From Oikopleura dioica (lineage: Eukaryota > Animalia > Chordata): a DNA stretch of 64,000 bases. Every line of letters begins with the position of its first letter. Within the stretch, counting starts at the first letter, position 1. A program made the position numbers and the translations under genes. The notes under the pieces are model-generated. The model saw nothing but the letters and a program-made list of their open reading frames with translations, had not been told where the DNA came from and did no database searches. The stretch is from positions 3,410,001-3,474,000 of the forward strand of contig OU015567.1 in the NCBI GenBank assembly GCA_907165135.1, given 5' to 3'. Below, one piece after another: positions 47,041-59,871 of this stretch.

Positions 47041-48869
47041 GATTTAGGCGCAGTGAAAAACGATTCCGCGAAGAACCATGTGATCGACACTCAACTTCCT
47101 GGCTACCTGAACCGATTCGACTACCAGAAAAACGATTCCGACGGTAAGTTTCTTTTTCTTAAGGACCCCCCCCCCTAGGGTCGGCACCGACCCGACCAAA
47201 AAACCCGACCTGGTCGGAAATGGTCGGGTTTTTACGGGCACCAACCAGCCCGACCTCAGATTTTGTACCTCGATTTTGGATGGTCGGCTTTTGGTCGGTT
47301 TTGGTCGGTTTTTTTGTGTCTTTTGGTTGGGTTGGTAGGTTTTAGGTCGGTTTTAACAAACGCATTTCAGCGATTTCTTTTTATTTCTCTCCGGCGACAA
47401 GAGAAAAATCGACGGCGAGTCCGGGCTAAAGCTCTTGAAAATTAAACTTTTCATGGCAAATCGACTGCCACAGTAAAATGCTTCGATCCGAGGCCCTCGA
47501 GGGCCGTGTGCGATAGAAGAATGTTGACAAATGTTAATTTTGCTCTTTAAAAACCGACCAAAAAAACCGACCAAAAGCCGACCCGACCGACCAAAACGAC
47601 CACGGATTTGGCCTCTTTTCACGGGGGCCAACCAAACCGACCACGAAAAATGGTGGTCGGTGCCGACCCTAGACCCCCGTCAGCTTTTTTCGAAATATCA
47701 AATTTCGGAATTTAAAAATTTTGACCCCGGAAATAGATTCTTCAGGTCAAAAACGATCTTGAGGCATCATTTTTTGGGGGTCTATCTCGACTCCTTCACC
47801 CCCAAAATCGGATTTGAATATTGGACTTTTCGCCGAAAATTGACGAATTTGCCCTAATTTTGGCAAAAATATTGATTTTTCATGGTCAAAACTTTCTCTC
47901 ATCAAGTAATCGAAGCAAATTTGACCTGAGGACGGATTAAGAACCAAAATTTTGGTGTTTTTAAAAATTTCTATTTTTCGAAGAAAATTTTTTTCAGCTT
48001 AAAGCTGACGGGGGGTCCTTAAAAAGGCATCTAAAAATTGCTTTCTTTAAATTCTCTAAACCCTTCTGTTGACCCTGACTAATTAGTAACTATTATTCTC
48101 TATTTTGAGCCGCAAAAACGCACCTTCCACGGTGAATCGATCTCTTAACACTTTTCGGAATTTTAATTAACAATCGCTAAAATTTCTTGTTTTCAGGGTC
48201 GCACTCAGATTCTGATTCGCTTCGTAAAAACGGCAAATCCATTAGCTCCGACGGAATGGACGATTCTGGAATGGGGTCTGCTTCTGACTCCGGCCGGCGA
48301 ACTGGAAATTCTGACTCGGAACCAGACACTTCTCTTTCTGAAAAGCCGAAGAAAAAGAAGATAAATGAGCGATCCGTTGATACAGAAAATAATGGAGAAG
48401 GGCTCACATACGAGCAGATTCAGCAAAATACGCAAATGAAGAGGCCAAAGAGAAATGGATCCACGCTTTCGAGGTTTTCTCATATCTTCAAAAATGATGG
48501 CAAGAAACTTTCGGACACTTTGACCGAAGAATTCAGACTCAATGATCGGTTCAGCGGTAAGATAACAAATTTCCGGCAATTTTTGTGCCCCGGAGCGAGA
48601 GGGAGTTAAACTGATTCTCAGGTCTTTCGATGGATCGAATCTGGGGTGGTTTTCTCCAGCAACTTCGCGAAGAGGAGCAAAGCGCAAAGGTAAGTCGTTT
48701 AGACACGATCGATGAGCAATCCGCTGAAACCGGAACCGAAGACTCCATCAAAGCAGCGCAGCAGCAACGCCAGCGAAGACGAAGACGCCGCCAGAGGAAG
48801 CAAGTCCAGCGAGTCGACAGCTGGCAAAAAGAACTGCCAGCTGATTGGCAAAATGTCCTGTCAATCTAA
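47041..48869 (+). CDS. 3' exons of a Ser-rich/basic protein of unknown function; nested MITEs sit in its intron
   Basis: Exon ending ...QKNDSD/G at a GTAAG donor (~47142) splices in phase to GSHSDSDS at ~48197. Further exon to ...WQNVLSI*. 5' end not resolved. Confidence 0.45.
47163..48018. mobile_element. TTAA-flanked MITE (TIR GGACCCCCCGTCAGCTTT) whose left TIR is interrupted by a second MITE
   Basis: TTAA at 47159-47162 and 48019-48022. Right TIR is intact; the left TIR resumes at 47672. Confidence 0.75.
47176..47671. mobile_element. hAT-type MITE, TIR TAGGGTCGGCACCGACC, with CCGACC/GGTCGG subterminal repeats
   Basis: Perfect 17-bp TIR. Flanks are GACCCCC(C) on both sides, consistent with an ~8-bp TSD. 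Confidence 0.8.
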
Positions 48870-49321
48870 AGGTATAATTTGCAGTTGATAGAGGATTTAT
48901 TTCGACTGTTACTTTAAGATCCTTTTCCATGATTCCTGTAAAAATTCGATGCTCGCCTAAAAATTAACTTAACTTTGAAAGAAGAAATTCGAAAATTTCA
49001 TCAGCTGAAAACCTTTCTGATTTTGCAAAATAAACTCACCTGTACATTTTAAAAAATATGATGATTTATTTTTATGACGGCCTGAAAATGATCGCATTGA
49101 TAGCTCCTCACTTTTCCCGATACCACGGTTGAACTCAACTAGTTTGGTTTAAGATTTATCTTGTTTGAAAGCTTATTTTTATTTCCCAGGTCTTTAAAGA
49201 TAATGGCCTTATGTTGCTTTCTAGTCAAAAAACCGTAAAACAAAAGTGACAGCGATAATTAAAAAAAACATTTAGCAGCATTTTTCTCAGAAAGCATTGG
49301 CCAAAAAGAGATAAGCCAGAT

Positions 49322-51095
49322 ATGAGAGTATTTTTCTTACTCTTATTTTTATCAGGTAAGGGGAATTATCAGGATCAAAGTATCATTTTTTTATAAAATT
49401 CTAGTCAATGGATTTGATATGGACAATGCTCTTCTCTATCAACGACTATAACATGGCTTCAAATATGTTTTGGATAAAAATCGAACAGGCTGCACAATTA
49501 AATACGAGGAGGCAAAAAAAATCTTTGACAGAACTCCCTGGGATTCAAGCCTGGTCCCAGACAAATGCGTCAAATACGTTGCGGATCCTCTTTTTAAAGT
49601 TGACCCAGGAGTGCTTCCTTCCGACACGGGAAAGCCGGTGGAACTTCTGATGGACTCGAAATTGACACAGTTTCATGGCGTTGAGGGAAGAGATCAAATC
49701 ACTTTTTCCATTCTGTAAGTCATATATTCCGTCCCCCAGCGCTCCGCTGAATTTGGTTTTTAGACTCTATTATGAGTGGAAGAACAAATTTCTCCACTGG
49801 CGGCCGAGCATGAACGGAGGAATAACAAAAATGACTATTCCGGTCGATCGTGTCTGCCGACCAGAGATGGTTCTTTACGAAAGCTTACTTGATGATTTTG
49901 ATAGCAAGCATCAAGCAGGAGTTGAACTATATAACGACGGGACATGCTATTGGTATCCGGTAGTAAAATATGTTGCTGGCTGCAGTCTAGACATGACTTT
50001 CTACCCCTACGATACGCAATACTGTCCGTTGAAATTCGGATCGTGGACATTTACATCCGCCGAAGTCAATTTAGGAGTTCGGACACCCACGAACAATGTC
50101 ACTGGCGTTGGCCAAACCGGCCTTATGTTTGATGGTAATTTGAGGGGTTATTCAAAAAAAAAAATGATCTTTTCTAGATCCAATGAAACCAAACTCGACT
50201 GAGTGGGAAATCCTAAGCACGGACGGAATGCTCAACTTTGTTGAGTACCCCTGTTGCATTGATCTTTACGCAGGAGAGTTTCTCCTTCATCAAAAATGAT
50301 AATCTTCTCAAAAATCAACGAGAGACCCTTACAAGATATAACGTATACTTTGGTATTGCGAAGATATACCCTTCAGCCAACGATGTCAATCGCCCTGCCT
50401 TGCATCTTAGCAGTGGCACTTATCATCCTCAGTTTTCTACTCCCCCAAGATCCCGGGACCAAAATTGGGCTAAGTAAGAATTTCTAATTTTCACCATCTT
50501 ATATGCTTCCGAGATATAACGATTCTTTTGGCTCTTGTTGTCTTCATGGACCAACTCTCAGGAGATCTTCCTCCAATGCCTGATAAAACTTCTCTAATTG
50601 GTCAGTTTTTTGTCGCATCCTTGATTTTGGTAGCACTGTCCCTTGTTTCTACCGTGATTTGCTTGAAAATGAACGAAGAAACTGGACATATACCGGCTTG
50701 GATTCGATGTGTCTTTTTGAGATTTCTGCCAAAAGTTCTTTGCATGAAGCCTCCTGAAAATGCTCAAACAATGGAAGAAGCAATTGATGATAGGGTCAAT
50801 GAAATAGCTTCGAAGACAAGGAATGAGGAAAAGTTTGATTCGAAAACTGATCATCTCTTGAACGAAGTTCTGAATGGTAAAGATCAACAAAATGGGATGA
50901 AAATGATGCATTTTTTCAGAATTATATTTCACTAGAAAGAAGATCGAGGAAAATGAAAAAGATGAAAAGAAAATGGAGACATGGCAATTCATTGCGAAAG
51001 TTTTCGATAGATTTAGCGCGTATTTCTATTTCCTTGCTATTATTATTGTGTATTTGAGCACTCTGATGACGCGATTTTGGAACGATCCTCAGTAA
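49322..51095 (+). CDS. Alpha-type nicotinic acetylcholine receptor (Cys-loop) subunit, divergent; apparent in-frame TAA at 49449
   Basis: Signal exon MRVFFLLLFLS, Cys-loop CSLDMTFYPYDTQYC, FGSWT, loop C YPCC, TM1-TM3 (...KIGLNITILLALVVF...PDKTSLIGQFF), TM4 WQFIAKVFDR. Confidence 0.9.
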
Positions 51096-51127
51096 AATCA
51101 ACGTATTATTTGATAATCAGTTTTTTA

Positions 51128-52623
51128 TTAAAGAATCAAGTGAGCGAAGCAAAAGGCATAGCACGCAAAAACAAGCTTATTGCTGGTAAAAATGATCGAC
51201 AAGCATAAAAACAAGGCCATTCCAAGCGTTTGGTGGAAGTTTCTCAAAGAAGATTTGAGTCCGGATGAAAGTTCGCAAATGCAAATCGTTGTAATCGCAC
51301 AATAAAAGATGCCGAGTCCGAAGACAAGTGGATTTGTGTCAACATCACTGAATTCTATTAATGGCGGCAAAAATCTGAGAAAAACCTCAAAAGATAAAAA
51401 TCAGCAACGAAATACGCCTTGGAGACAAGGATGAAACCTGTGATGATATTTTTCATAGTAATTTTCGGGTCGTAAAGTCTATTTGGGACTTGAAATACTC
51501 ATAAAAATAAAGATAAAGAAAATTTTAGAGCCCTTTCCCATATTTTGGGTAGCCATCAGGGTAATCTGCCTTATCGCCAGTTCTGAACTTTGGTTTCTTC
51601 GGGTTGTAGCTTGGCCCTTTCACCACATAAATATAAATACGCATCAGCAATTCATTTAAAGTCTTCTCTTTTCTGACTTCTTCGAGGAGAAATTTGTAGT
51701 ATCGAAGTTGAAGATATGAAAATTCATACGATTCTGATCCGTAAACTAGTCCGTATGCGATTGGTTCTTCCTTGTTTTCATCTTTTTCGGTGAATGTGCC
51801 GTAGATTCGGTCCCAGATGATGAGGACCCCGCCGTAGTTCTGGTCGATGCAGTATTTGTTTGTCCCGTGGTGGAGCTGGTGGTGCTTGGGAACATTGAAA
51901 AAGAAGTCGTAAAGAGGCGAGACTCCATCAATGAGCTCAGTATGGATCCAAAGTTGATGGACGGCGCTTATTGCTGAAAATAATTTAGACTAAAGGATTG
52001 GCGGCTTTCTTACCTGTGTGAGTCATGAAAAGAGAAGGTGGAATACCAAGCAAAGCCAACGGAATATAAAAAGGAGCAGAAAAGAGCTTTTGAAAAACAC
52101 TCTGTCGAATCCCGATCGTCAAGTTGAAGTCCTGACTGGAGTGGTGAACCTGATGAGCCGACCAACCAATCATTGTCTCGTGGAGGAATCGATGCTCCCA
52201 GTAGTAGTTGTGATCGTTGAGGAAAAATGTTAGCGCCCAGACAAAATTTGAGTCCCAGGGGAGGGTTAACGCCCTTAATCATTGATAGGTCTAAGGTTGA
52301 TAGTTGTACCGGTAGTTGTTGTAGAAGTAGGTGTAGGAGAGAAGGATCAGATATTTCGATGTGAAGAAATCCGCGATTTTAACCAAATTCCAGTTTGCCA
52401 GAGTCACTAAAGCATCAACCAGTCGGAATCGCCCCTTGAACTGGCAGATCAGCGCCTCTAGAATTATCAGCGTCGCGAAAAGGGGCATGAAGCCTTCAAA
52501 AATGCTTGGGACATCGGATGGGTGTTGGTATTTTGTCTCGCTGGGAAAGACAAGGTACCAGAAGCAACGGATAGAAAAAGTCTTTTCCCAAAAATTCTCT
52601 TTTTCAAAAAGCGTACGATTCAT
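51128..52623 (-). CDS. agmo: Alkylglycerol monooxygenase-like (fatty acid hydroxylase family), multi-exon
   Basis: AHQVHHSSQDFNLTIGIRQS, FWIHTELI, PKHHQLHHGTNKYCIDQNYGGVLIIWDRIYGTF, YGLV. Confidence 0.85.
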
Positions 52624-53389
52624 TTTGTGACGGAGAGGGCTGTTCTGTCGCATTTTATACCAAGTGATTATATAATCGAAAGTTTAAGAGGCGGAAGAAT
52701 GAAACAGTTTTAATGCTCATGAGAACAGTTTCAGACTGTTGAATAAGAGGAGTCCTGAATACTTTTACGGCTGATGATAAATTTTATATCCGAGTCGAGG
52801 CGTTTTTTTTCGGAGAAATAGACAGGAGCTTACTTTCAGGGTCACTTTATTATGCGATTTTTGGACACAAAAAAGCACAAATCAAGTCGGTTTTTTCGGA
52901 TTTTTATTGTTGTTTGTTTTAATACAGTGGTTTTTTCTTCGATATTTGATCTAGTCGATAATATTATTTCTTTATTTACAGACACAAACTATCATTCTTT
53001 CGATAGAACTAGTAGACAGTACAAATTTTAAGGAATTTAAAATTTTACGCAGAAAAGATTTTCGATTTCAGATTGTTGTTTTGGTTGGTTGTTTGGATTA
53101 CAGGTAGATACAGGAGCTTTCTTTTACTGATTTGATACATAGAGGATATATTTTTTGTTGTTTATAAATATGCGCAGTTTGATTATAGTTTGGTATTTCG
53201 TTTCTAATAGAGTTGTAATTATACTGTTATTTTTCATCTAATAAGGGTCTCAACCGAGGTTTGACGCGAGGCTCATTTTTTGCCTAAGGCTTTATGGTTC
53301 TTTAGTTAGGGCTAGAAAACATTCATCTCCCTACAGGTACTTTAATATTTACACATAAGCTTATTTAGTAGAAGTCTCAAGAGAGGTGT

Positions 53390-55279
53390 TTACGCAGCTT
53401 GGTATTGCTCTTCTTGTGGCGTGTCGGGCGGTGTCAAATGCGCTGCGCCGAGGGGAGCGCCTGGAACGATAGCGGGATTGTCCCCGAAGGTAAATTTCTG
53501 GTACGGGTCCGAGTCCGAATAAGTGCTGTCAGACTCGTCTGGCTGGCCCATTGCCGGATAGTACATTGGATGAGCATGGGCTGCAGCGGCCATTTGAGCA
53601 GCAGCATGAGCCATTTGACTGTATTGAGCAGCGGCGGCGTGCTGTGGCCCGTAGTACTGAGGCAACGCGCCGAATCGCATCATCTGCTGCATGATTTGGT
53701 GGTTGTAGCTGATCGCGGAAGTAGTTGGGTTGCGGATGTAGGTTAATGGGGCGATGATTTGACCGCCTGCACCCATTGAATATCCAGGCTGAAGGGCAAA
53801 TTAGATTCTGACCAATAAGAAGACCAAATAAAATCAAGCAACCAATCAAAACGAATGAAAAACTCACCAGTGGCATTTGATTCTGCGGGGCAACAAAGTA
53901 AGTGACTCCAGTCGAGTTGGTCATGGAGGCGTATCCACCTGGGTGCAGCATCCAAGTGTTCATCAATGGATCGGTATTGTAGGGAATGCCTGTTGGTTGC
54001 TTCCTGACAGCTCTGCCAATGTTTAACTTTTTCCCGTGAAGATGAAGATTGTCACTTTCTTCGAGCGCGTTGTTGACTGCATCGGCATTGTCGTACGTCA
54101 CGAAACCGTAGCTGAAATGGAAGTTGAAGAGCAAATCCAGTATCGTGAAATCAAGGAAGAGTACTTCCTGAATTCCTGGCGGGAGTTCAATATTTACGCT
54201 GCGGATTACTTTCTAAGTTCCCGTAAAACTTCGCCGCCAGAAGTTCTAGCCGCTGCGGATTTCAGATAATCTCCTTATCGAAGGAAATGACATAAATTTT
54301 ATCGTATCCGAATTCTACAGTACAGGAAATTTTAATCTTGTCAACAGTTGTCAATTCGCGACGACGGCTGACTGACGCTGGCATAAACAAAAAATGGTAG
54401 TGGTACTAGTAGACTTACCCTTTGGAAACTTCGGCTCTGTCTCGGATGATTCTTGCGTCGCGGACGGAACCGAATTTGGAGAAATATTCGCGGAGATCCT
54501 CTTCCGATGTCTAAAGTTTTTGATTAATTCGAGCATTATTTTGGCAAGGAATGAATATTTTTGGCCTTAGGTGGGGTACTACAGACAGATTTACAGATCA
54601 TAAAACCAGTTCTCACGAAAAAGCTTCCTTTAGCAATAAAACTTAAAAATCATCATCATCGATTTTCAGGGCGTTGCTTTCCTTCCTGCTCAAATTTACT
54701 TTGGCCGAGATGAGGACTCCTCTCGGGAAGAGGATCATCCGGCCCTTGAAAAATCTCTTATTTATCGAAAACAACCCGGATTGCCCCCCGAAAATGCGAG
54801 CCGTCATAATCCGCAGATTGAGGTCACACCATAAATTTTGCTAATACTTCTTCATTACAAGCGTAATCCGGAGATAAATACTATAAGTGAAAATTTCGCC
54901 ACGGGCGCGGCGTTTGCACAGCCGCGAATCTATAAATCAGCGAAAGTAGAGCAATTTCCGAAAATTTGCAAAAAATTTTGAAATTCCAATTTTCCCAATA
55001 ACGAACAAGAAACGCTTCCAAGTCGCCTTTATTTTTTTTATAAATAAAGTGACCCCTTATTTTTATGAACCGAAATGAAGCTTATACACCTCTATTCCAT
55101 GTTTTTTGGAAATAAGGACGTGACACTCTTATTCTTTGATGAAAAAATGAACAAACCTTAAAGTCGATTCCACCAACAAAGATTCTACTAGGGATCATAG
55201 TTCCATACTTCTGCGATGAGTTGCTTTCTTGCTGAGTGAATGTCGGAGTCTGGACTTTTTGCTCAGCACAGGCGATCAT
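53390..55279 (-). CDS. boule: Boule/DAZ-family RRM protein (germline), multi-exon
   Basis: YGTMIPSRIFVGGIDFK / TSEEDLREYFSKFGSVRDARIIRDRAEVSKG / YGFVTY...KKLNIGRAVRKQ, followed by a Pro/Tyr/Gln/Ala-rich tail. Confidence 0.92.
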
Positions 55280-56841
55280 TGGAACCGTCTAAAAATTAAA
55301 TATTATTCATAAGAAAAAAAAAATATGTTGATTTTACAAAAATAAAGAAGAAAAAACTGCGCATCAAGATTTTTAAAGAACTTTTATGATTCAATTATTG
55401 ATAATAAAAACCTGATAAGAATTCTTGACGACGGAAAAAAAACCTCTCTGACCAATCAAAAAAGTCAAGCTTCAAAAAAAGTCGAAAAAAATCAAAATCA
55501 AGTCAAATAGGTGTGTGTGCCCAAGCGGTGCCTGTCTTTGTTTGAATCGAAATGGTCTCCAAAGCTAGCGCAAGAGCTGAATAGTCACCAGAAATTGACT
55601 AAATTTGCACAGTGAGAACGTCACCAATTTTTAAATCCCGAAAATTTTTGGAAAATTTAGATTTCGGATTTCAAGAAAATTACATATACAAATTACAAAT
55701 ACAATTTTTCAACCTCATCAAAAATATAAATTTTATTTATAAATTTCACAAAATTTGACGAATAAAGACCGAAAATAGCAATAATTAGGGCGAAGAAAAG
55801 TAAAAATATTTTTGACCTTGAGTTGCAAAATAAAACCCTTTGGCTTTGTGCTCTTTCGTTTGAAAGGTAGCCCGAAGCTCTCCCAAAACGAAATCGAAGC
55901 TCTTTCCCAAAGGCCGCTTTGTTGAAGCTTGTCAAAGATTCACACTCAAGTTAGTTCCATTTTCTTTGAAGAAAAAATCCCTTTTGAGAATTTTCTCCTC
56001 GCCAATTTCGAACTAACTACCGTATGTCTAGCGTCGATTGGCAATGTTTAGGCGGGCAGCCCGCGGCAATTTGCCGAGCAATTTCGTTGACGATTTTTCA
56101 AAGTTCAAACTCTGCGCAAGTAGCCAATTAGGCTCTTTTGAAATGACTTCCGGATTACTGCCAAAGTTTAAATAGTAGAAAAAGGCATTCCGATGAAATT
56201 TGGGGTCGATTATTGGCACTGAAGTTATTCCAAAATAACTGTATAAGCTGTTTTTGGATAAGCTCGAAAACCTGTGTAGAAAACCTGACACAGACCCTGA
56301 CTCAGGTTTTCTACAAAATCCGATTTCTTTCCTTATTCGAAAAAATTACATAACTGTAAGGTCTGATTTATGCTAGATATTTTTTTATGAAATAGACCCG
56401 AATCGATAAAGTACACAAGATAAAACTGACAGGTCAAATTTGTAAAAGCGTCCTTCCAGATCAAAAATCAAAACTATCAGTCTTGAACGATAGCGAGAAA
56501 ATATAAACAGCCGGGAATAACCTGAATAATTCTCATGTTAGTTCAGTAGCTGACAAATTTTCTTGCTGCAGGGCAGGTCAGATGCGCCCCGAGGCGAAGC
56601 CATGGGAGCGATGCACTGTGGGCTTTGAGGGTTTCCTTTCAAAACTATGAAAGAATAATCTCACACTGTGTGAAATCTGACAATGGCACTGTCAGTCCGA
56701 GAGCTTGTACAGGCATTTCCGGCATTTGGGGGCGATTGTGGGAGAATTATGGTTTACACTTCTTTTTTTCTCAAAGCTGGGATTCCATTTTTACTCTTAT
56801 GTAATCGGGAAAATAGTCTTTAAAGAAAATATAAGAAAAAT

Positions 56842-56930
56842 AAGCCGCTTGCGGCTTCAAAATAAAAATATAAAAAAAGCCGCGCCTAGCGCGGCTCAAA
56901 TTGTTTTTGGTTCAAAGCCGCGAGCGGCTT
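56842..56930. repeat. Second copy of the AAGCCGC..GCGGCTT palindromic element
   Basis: Three AAGCCGC/GCGGCT hairpin units, as at 45750-45834. Confidence 0.65.
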
Positions 56931-59871
56931 CTTTTTTTCGCTTTTTTTTTCTATTAAATCTGAAAATCGTTTTTAAAAAAGACGAAGAGCAAGAAAGGAT
57001 TCGACCCTTTGAAGCTGCTCCAAGGGGGTGTCAGTGTTTCTTTCTTTTTAAGGACCCTCGAAATTGACGAAAATTCCAAATTTAGGCACAATGGGTGCCA
57101 AAGGGCTTTGTCCGCCAGTCAGGCGAAAGATGATCGACGCGAGCTGGAGCGTTCTTAGCGCTTAGGCACGCATGTTCTCCCGCGGCGCCAGACGCAAGAG
57201 GAATTGATCAGCCACTTACGATTTGGGCACGCAGTTTGATCGCAAATACTGTTTGTCTTCGAAACAATGGCGAGAATCTATTATTAGTGGACGATTAATT
57301 TCTGCGGCGAGAAGACTTTTTTTCACTTTTCTTTACGTAATCACGAATAACAAGCAATTCAGTGATAACCTCGACTCCTTCTTGACCAAAAACAGTCAAA
57401 AAAGAATGTAGAGGTGTAAAGTGTGGAAACGCGCCAATTCATCCAGGTGTTATTCAGAAGAATTGTCAGCGGATTAAGAAAACTCGCCAGCTTCTTTTGA
57501 GCAAGTCAGTCACATGTCTACTTACTAAATTATTAAAAAAAATTATCGCGAAAGCAAAAAAAAACAAAAAATTCTTGAAATACCTCGTTTTTGGTCGTTT
57601 TTTTCCCGGTCCTTTTTGGTCCTTTTTTTGCAATTTTCTTGTTGGCATTTTTAGGCGATCCTCTCTTTCGACCAGAAAATTTTACCAGATTGATCATCAC
57701 AAACTCTAGCTGCTGAGATTAACGAGGATGTATGCCCTTATTTTTGTCTAGAAAAAAATTCCCGGAAAAAGTTTAAAAAGCTCTAGAAAAAAAGCCTCTT
57801 TCTGAACTTTTTCTGCTTTGACAACAAGAAAGAATATTCTTCTTCCGTTCCTTCTTACTTTTATACGTCATGACTACTGTCAACATACTGTCAGAAGCCG
57901 TGATGATTTGTCTACTCGACAAATGCTACTTTACTTTGCTGACCTTTTAGCGCGGCACATTTCTGACCACATTTTTCGTCGATTCTTTTTCAAAAATTCG
58001 AAAAGTTCAAACAGCTTTTGAAGCGAAATCTGGCACGTGACCAGTGCAAAACTCGCAAAAGACGAAATTTTATTTGAAAACAGTTAAATGAAGCACACAA
58101 AGAACAAAACGCCTTTGATGTGTCTCAAATGGGGGGCAATAAGTACTTGATTCAACATTTTTCTCTTCTTTTCAGAAAAAAAATTGAAAAAAAGGAACGA
58201 AAGTATTGTTTATCAAGTCTTTTTGGAACTGGCGAATTTGAGAAGAGAGACATGAAAATGACTTGAAATTGACAGGGCGTCGCTTGAATATTAGTATAAA
58301 GTTGTTTTTGCTTTCGAAAAAAGAAAACATGGTAAATATGGAAGGATAACTGAAGCTGTCGATGAAAATTTTCGAATAAAAATTGGCCGAAAAAGTTTAT
58401 TTTTGTTTTCATGAAAACTCATGAAAATCAATTTTTAATATTCACAAATTTTCTTTATAAAAAATGCGTAAATTTGGCCATTTTTTTTCTTAAAATTGAG
58501 TTTTGGTCCTTTTTGGTCCGATTTTAACAAAAAAGAGTGCTTCTTAGTCATTTCTTTCAATACTTTTAAAATTTATTTAAGCTTATAAAATGATGATGCG
58601 CATATTTTTCGTTACTTCAGTTCTCTTTTTCTATCTCTTTTTTTCTACCAAAAGCAAAATCTATCTATCTTATCAAAAATCCACACTTACCATTGCCATG
58701 GCCGCGTTATCACTCGTTCTCCTCGCTCCTTGATTGGTTAGGCACCTTCAATTTAGGCACACACTGGGTTTTTTTTCTAGTCTATCTCAGAGTCGATTAT
58801 GCAAGATTTTGAGGAGTCTTTTTGCTTTGAAAGTTTTTTGGAAGAAGTTTTTGAACGAAAAATTCAGATGGAATTTCGCGGCACCGGGTTTTGGGGCACA
58901 CAGGTAGCTGATCGGAAGCTCCTCGCGAGCGACACCTGGGTGGAAACGCGCCGCGGGGCAAGTCAAGAAAGGGAAGCCAAAATACTACTGAAAGAGCATG
59001 TGATTACTCGGCAAAGACGAGCGTTTTTCAATCGAACAATAAAACTCAAGAAACGCTCAAGAACTTTAAATAAAATTAAAGTGTTAAGCAGACAGCGATT
59101 CATTTGACTTTAGCGGCGCGTGTTTCCGAAGCTGATCTGGGCTTCCGGTGAGGAAGAAAAGGAGCTGGAATTAGATTTGTTCAGTTGTGCTTGTACCGTG
59201 GAATTTCGATGACAATATGGATTCTCCTGTCTTTTAGAATTGAATTACAGTCGTATTTAATTCTAGATTCAAAACTTACTCTAGTATGGAATGCATTCTA
59301 TTTTATCATTCCCCCAAATAGGACATTAGTCGAACGAAAATCGACGATTTTGACTCAAAAAGAAATCAGATTTTCGGAGTATTTTCGCTTAAAAGAACTC
59401 AAATAAGACCTGTCAAATATCCTTACTTTTCTATCGACCTTTGACAATATCAGTTCAACTTCCGGCATCTCTCGACGCTATCATCCTCAGAAACAGTATA
59501 AGACTGTATCAATGCCTTTACGATCTCTCCACGTGAGCTCCAGATGAGATCCAGCAGCCAAAGAAAACTCGAACTTTAGAGCATAACTTGACATGTTTGT
59601 TCTTTTCGTCGCCAAAGCACAAAAAATCAAAACACAAATTTTCGACCCAGATTTTCAAAAGCATTAGTACACAAACAGGTGCTACCGGAAATCATTTGGC
59701 TAAAGGGGCCTCTTGAAACTTGTTGAGAATTCCTTCGATCCTTAAATTTTCCGAAATTTTGACAAAAAACTTAAGGGCCTCTCCTTTGATTTTCAAATTT
59801 TGGGTTTTCTATCACGTGATTTTTGAAAAAGGCCTTCTACGTCAGAATCGTCTTATAGAATCGATGTTTTC

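Noticed and set aside
57080-58760. Recurrent TTAGGCAC motif (4 copies) as a cis-regulatory module upstream of boule
   Set aside because: Too few short matches to distinguish from chance without comparative data.
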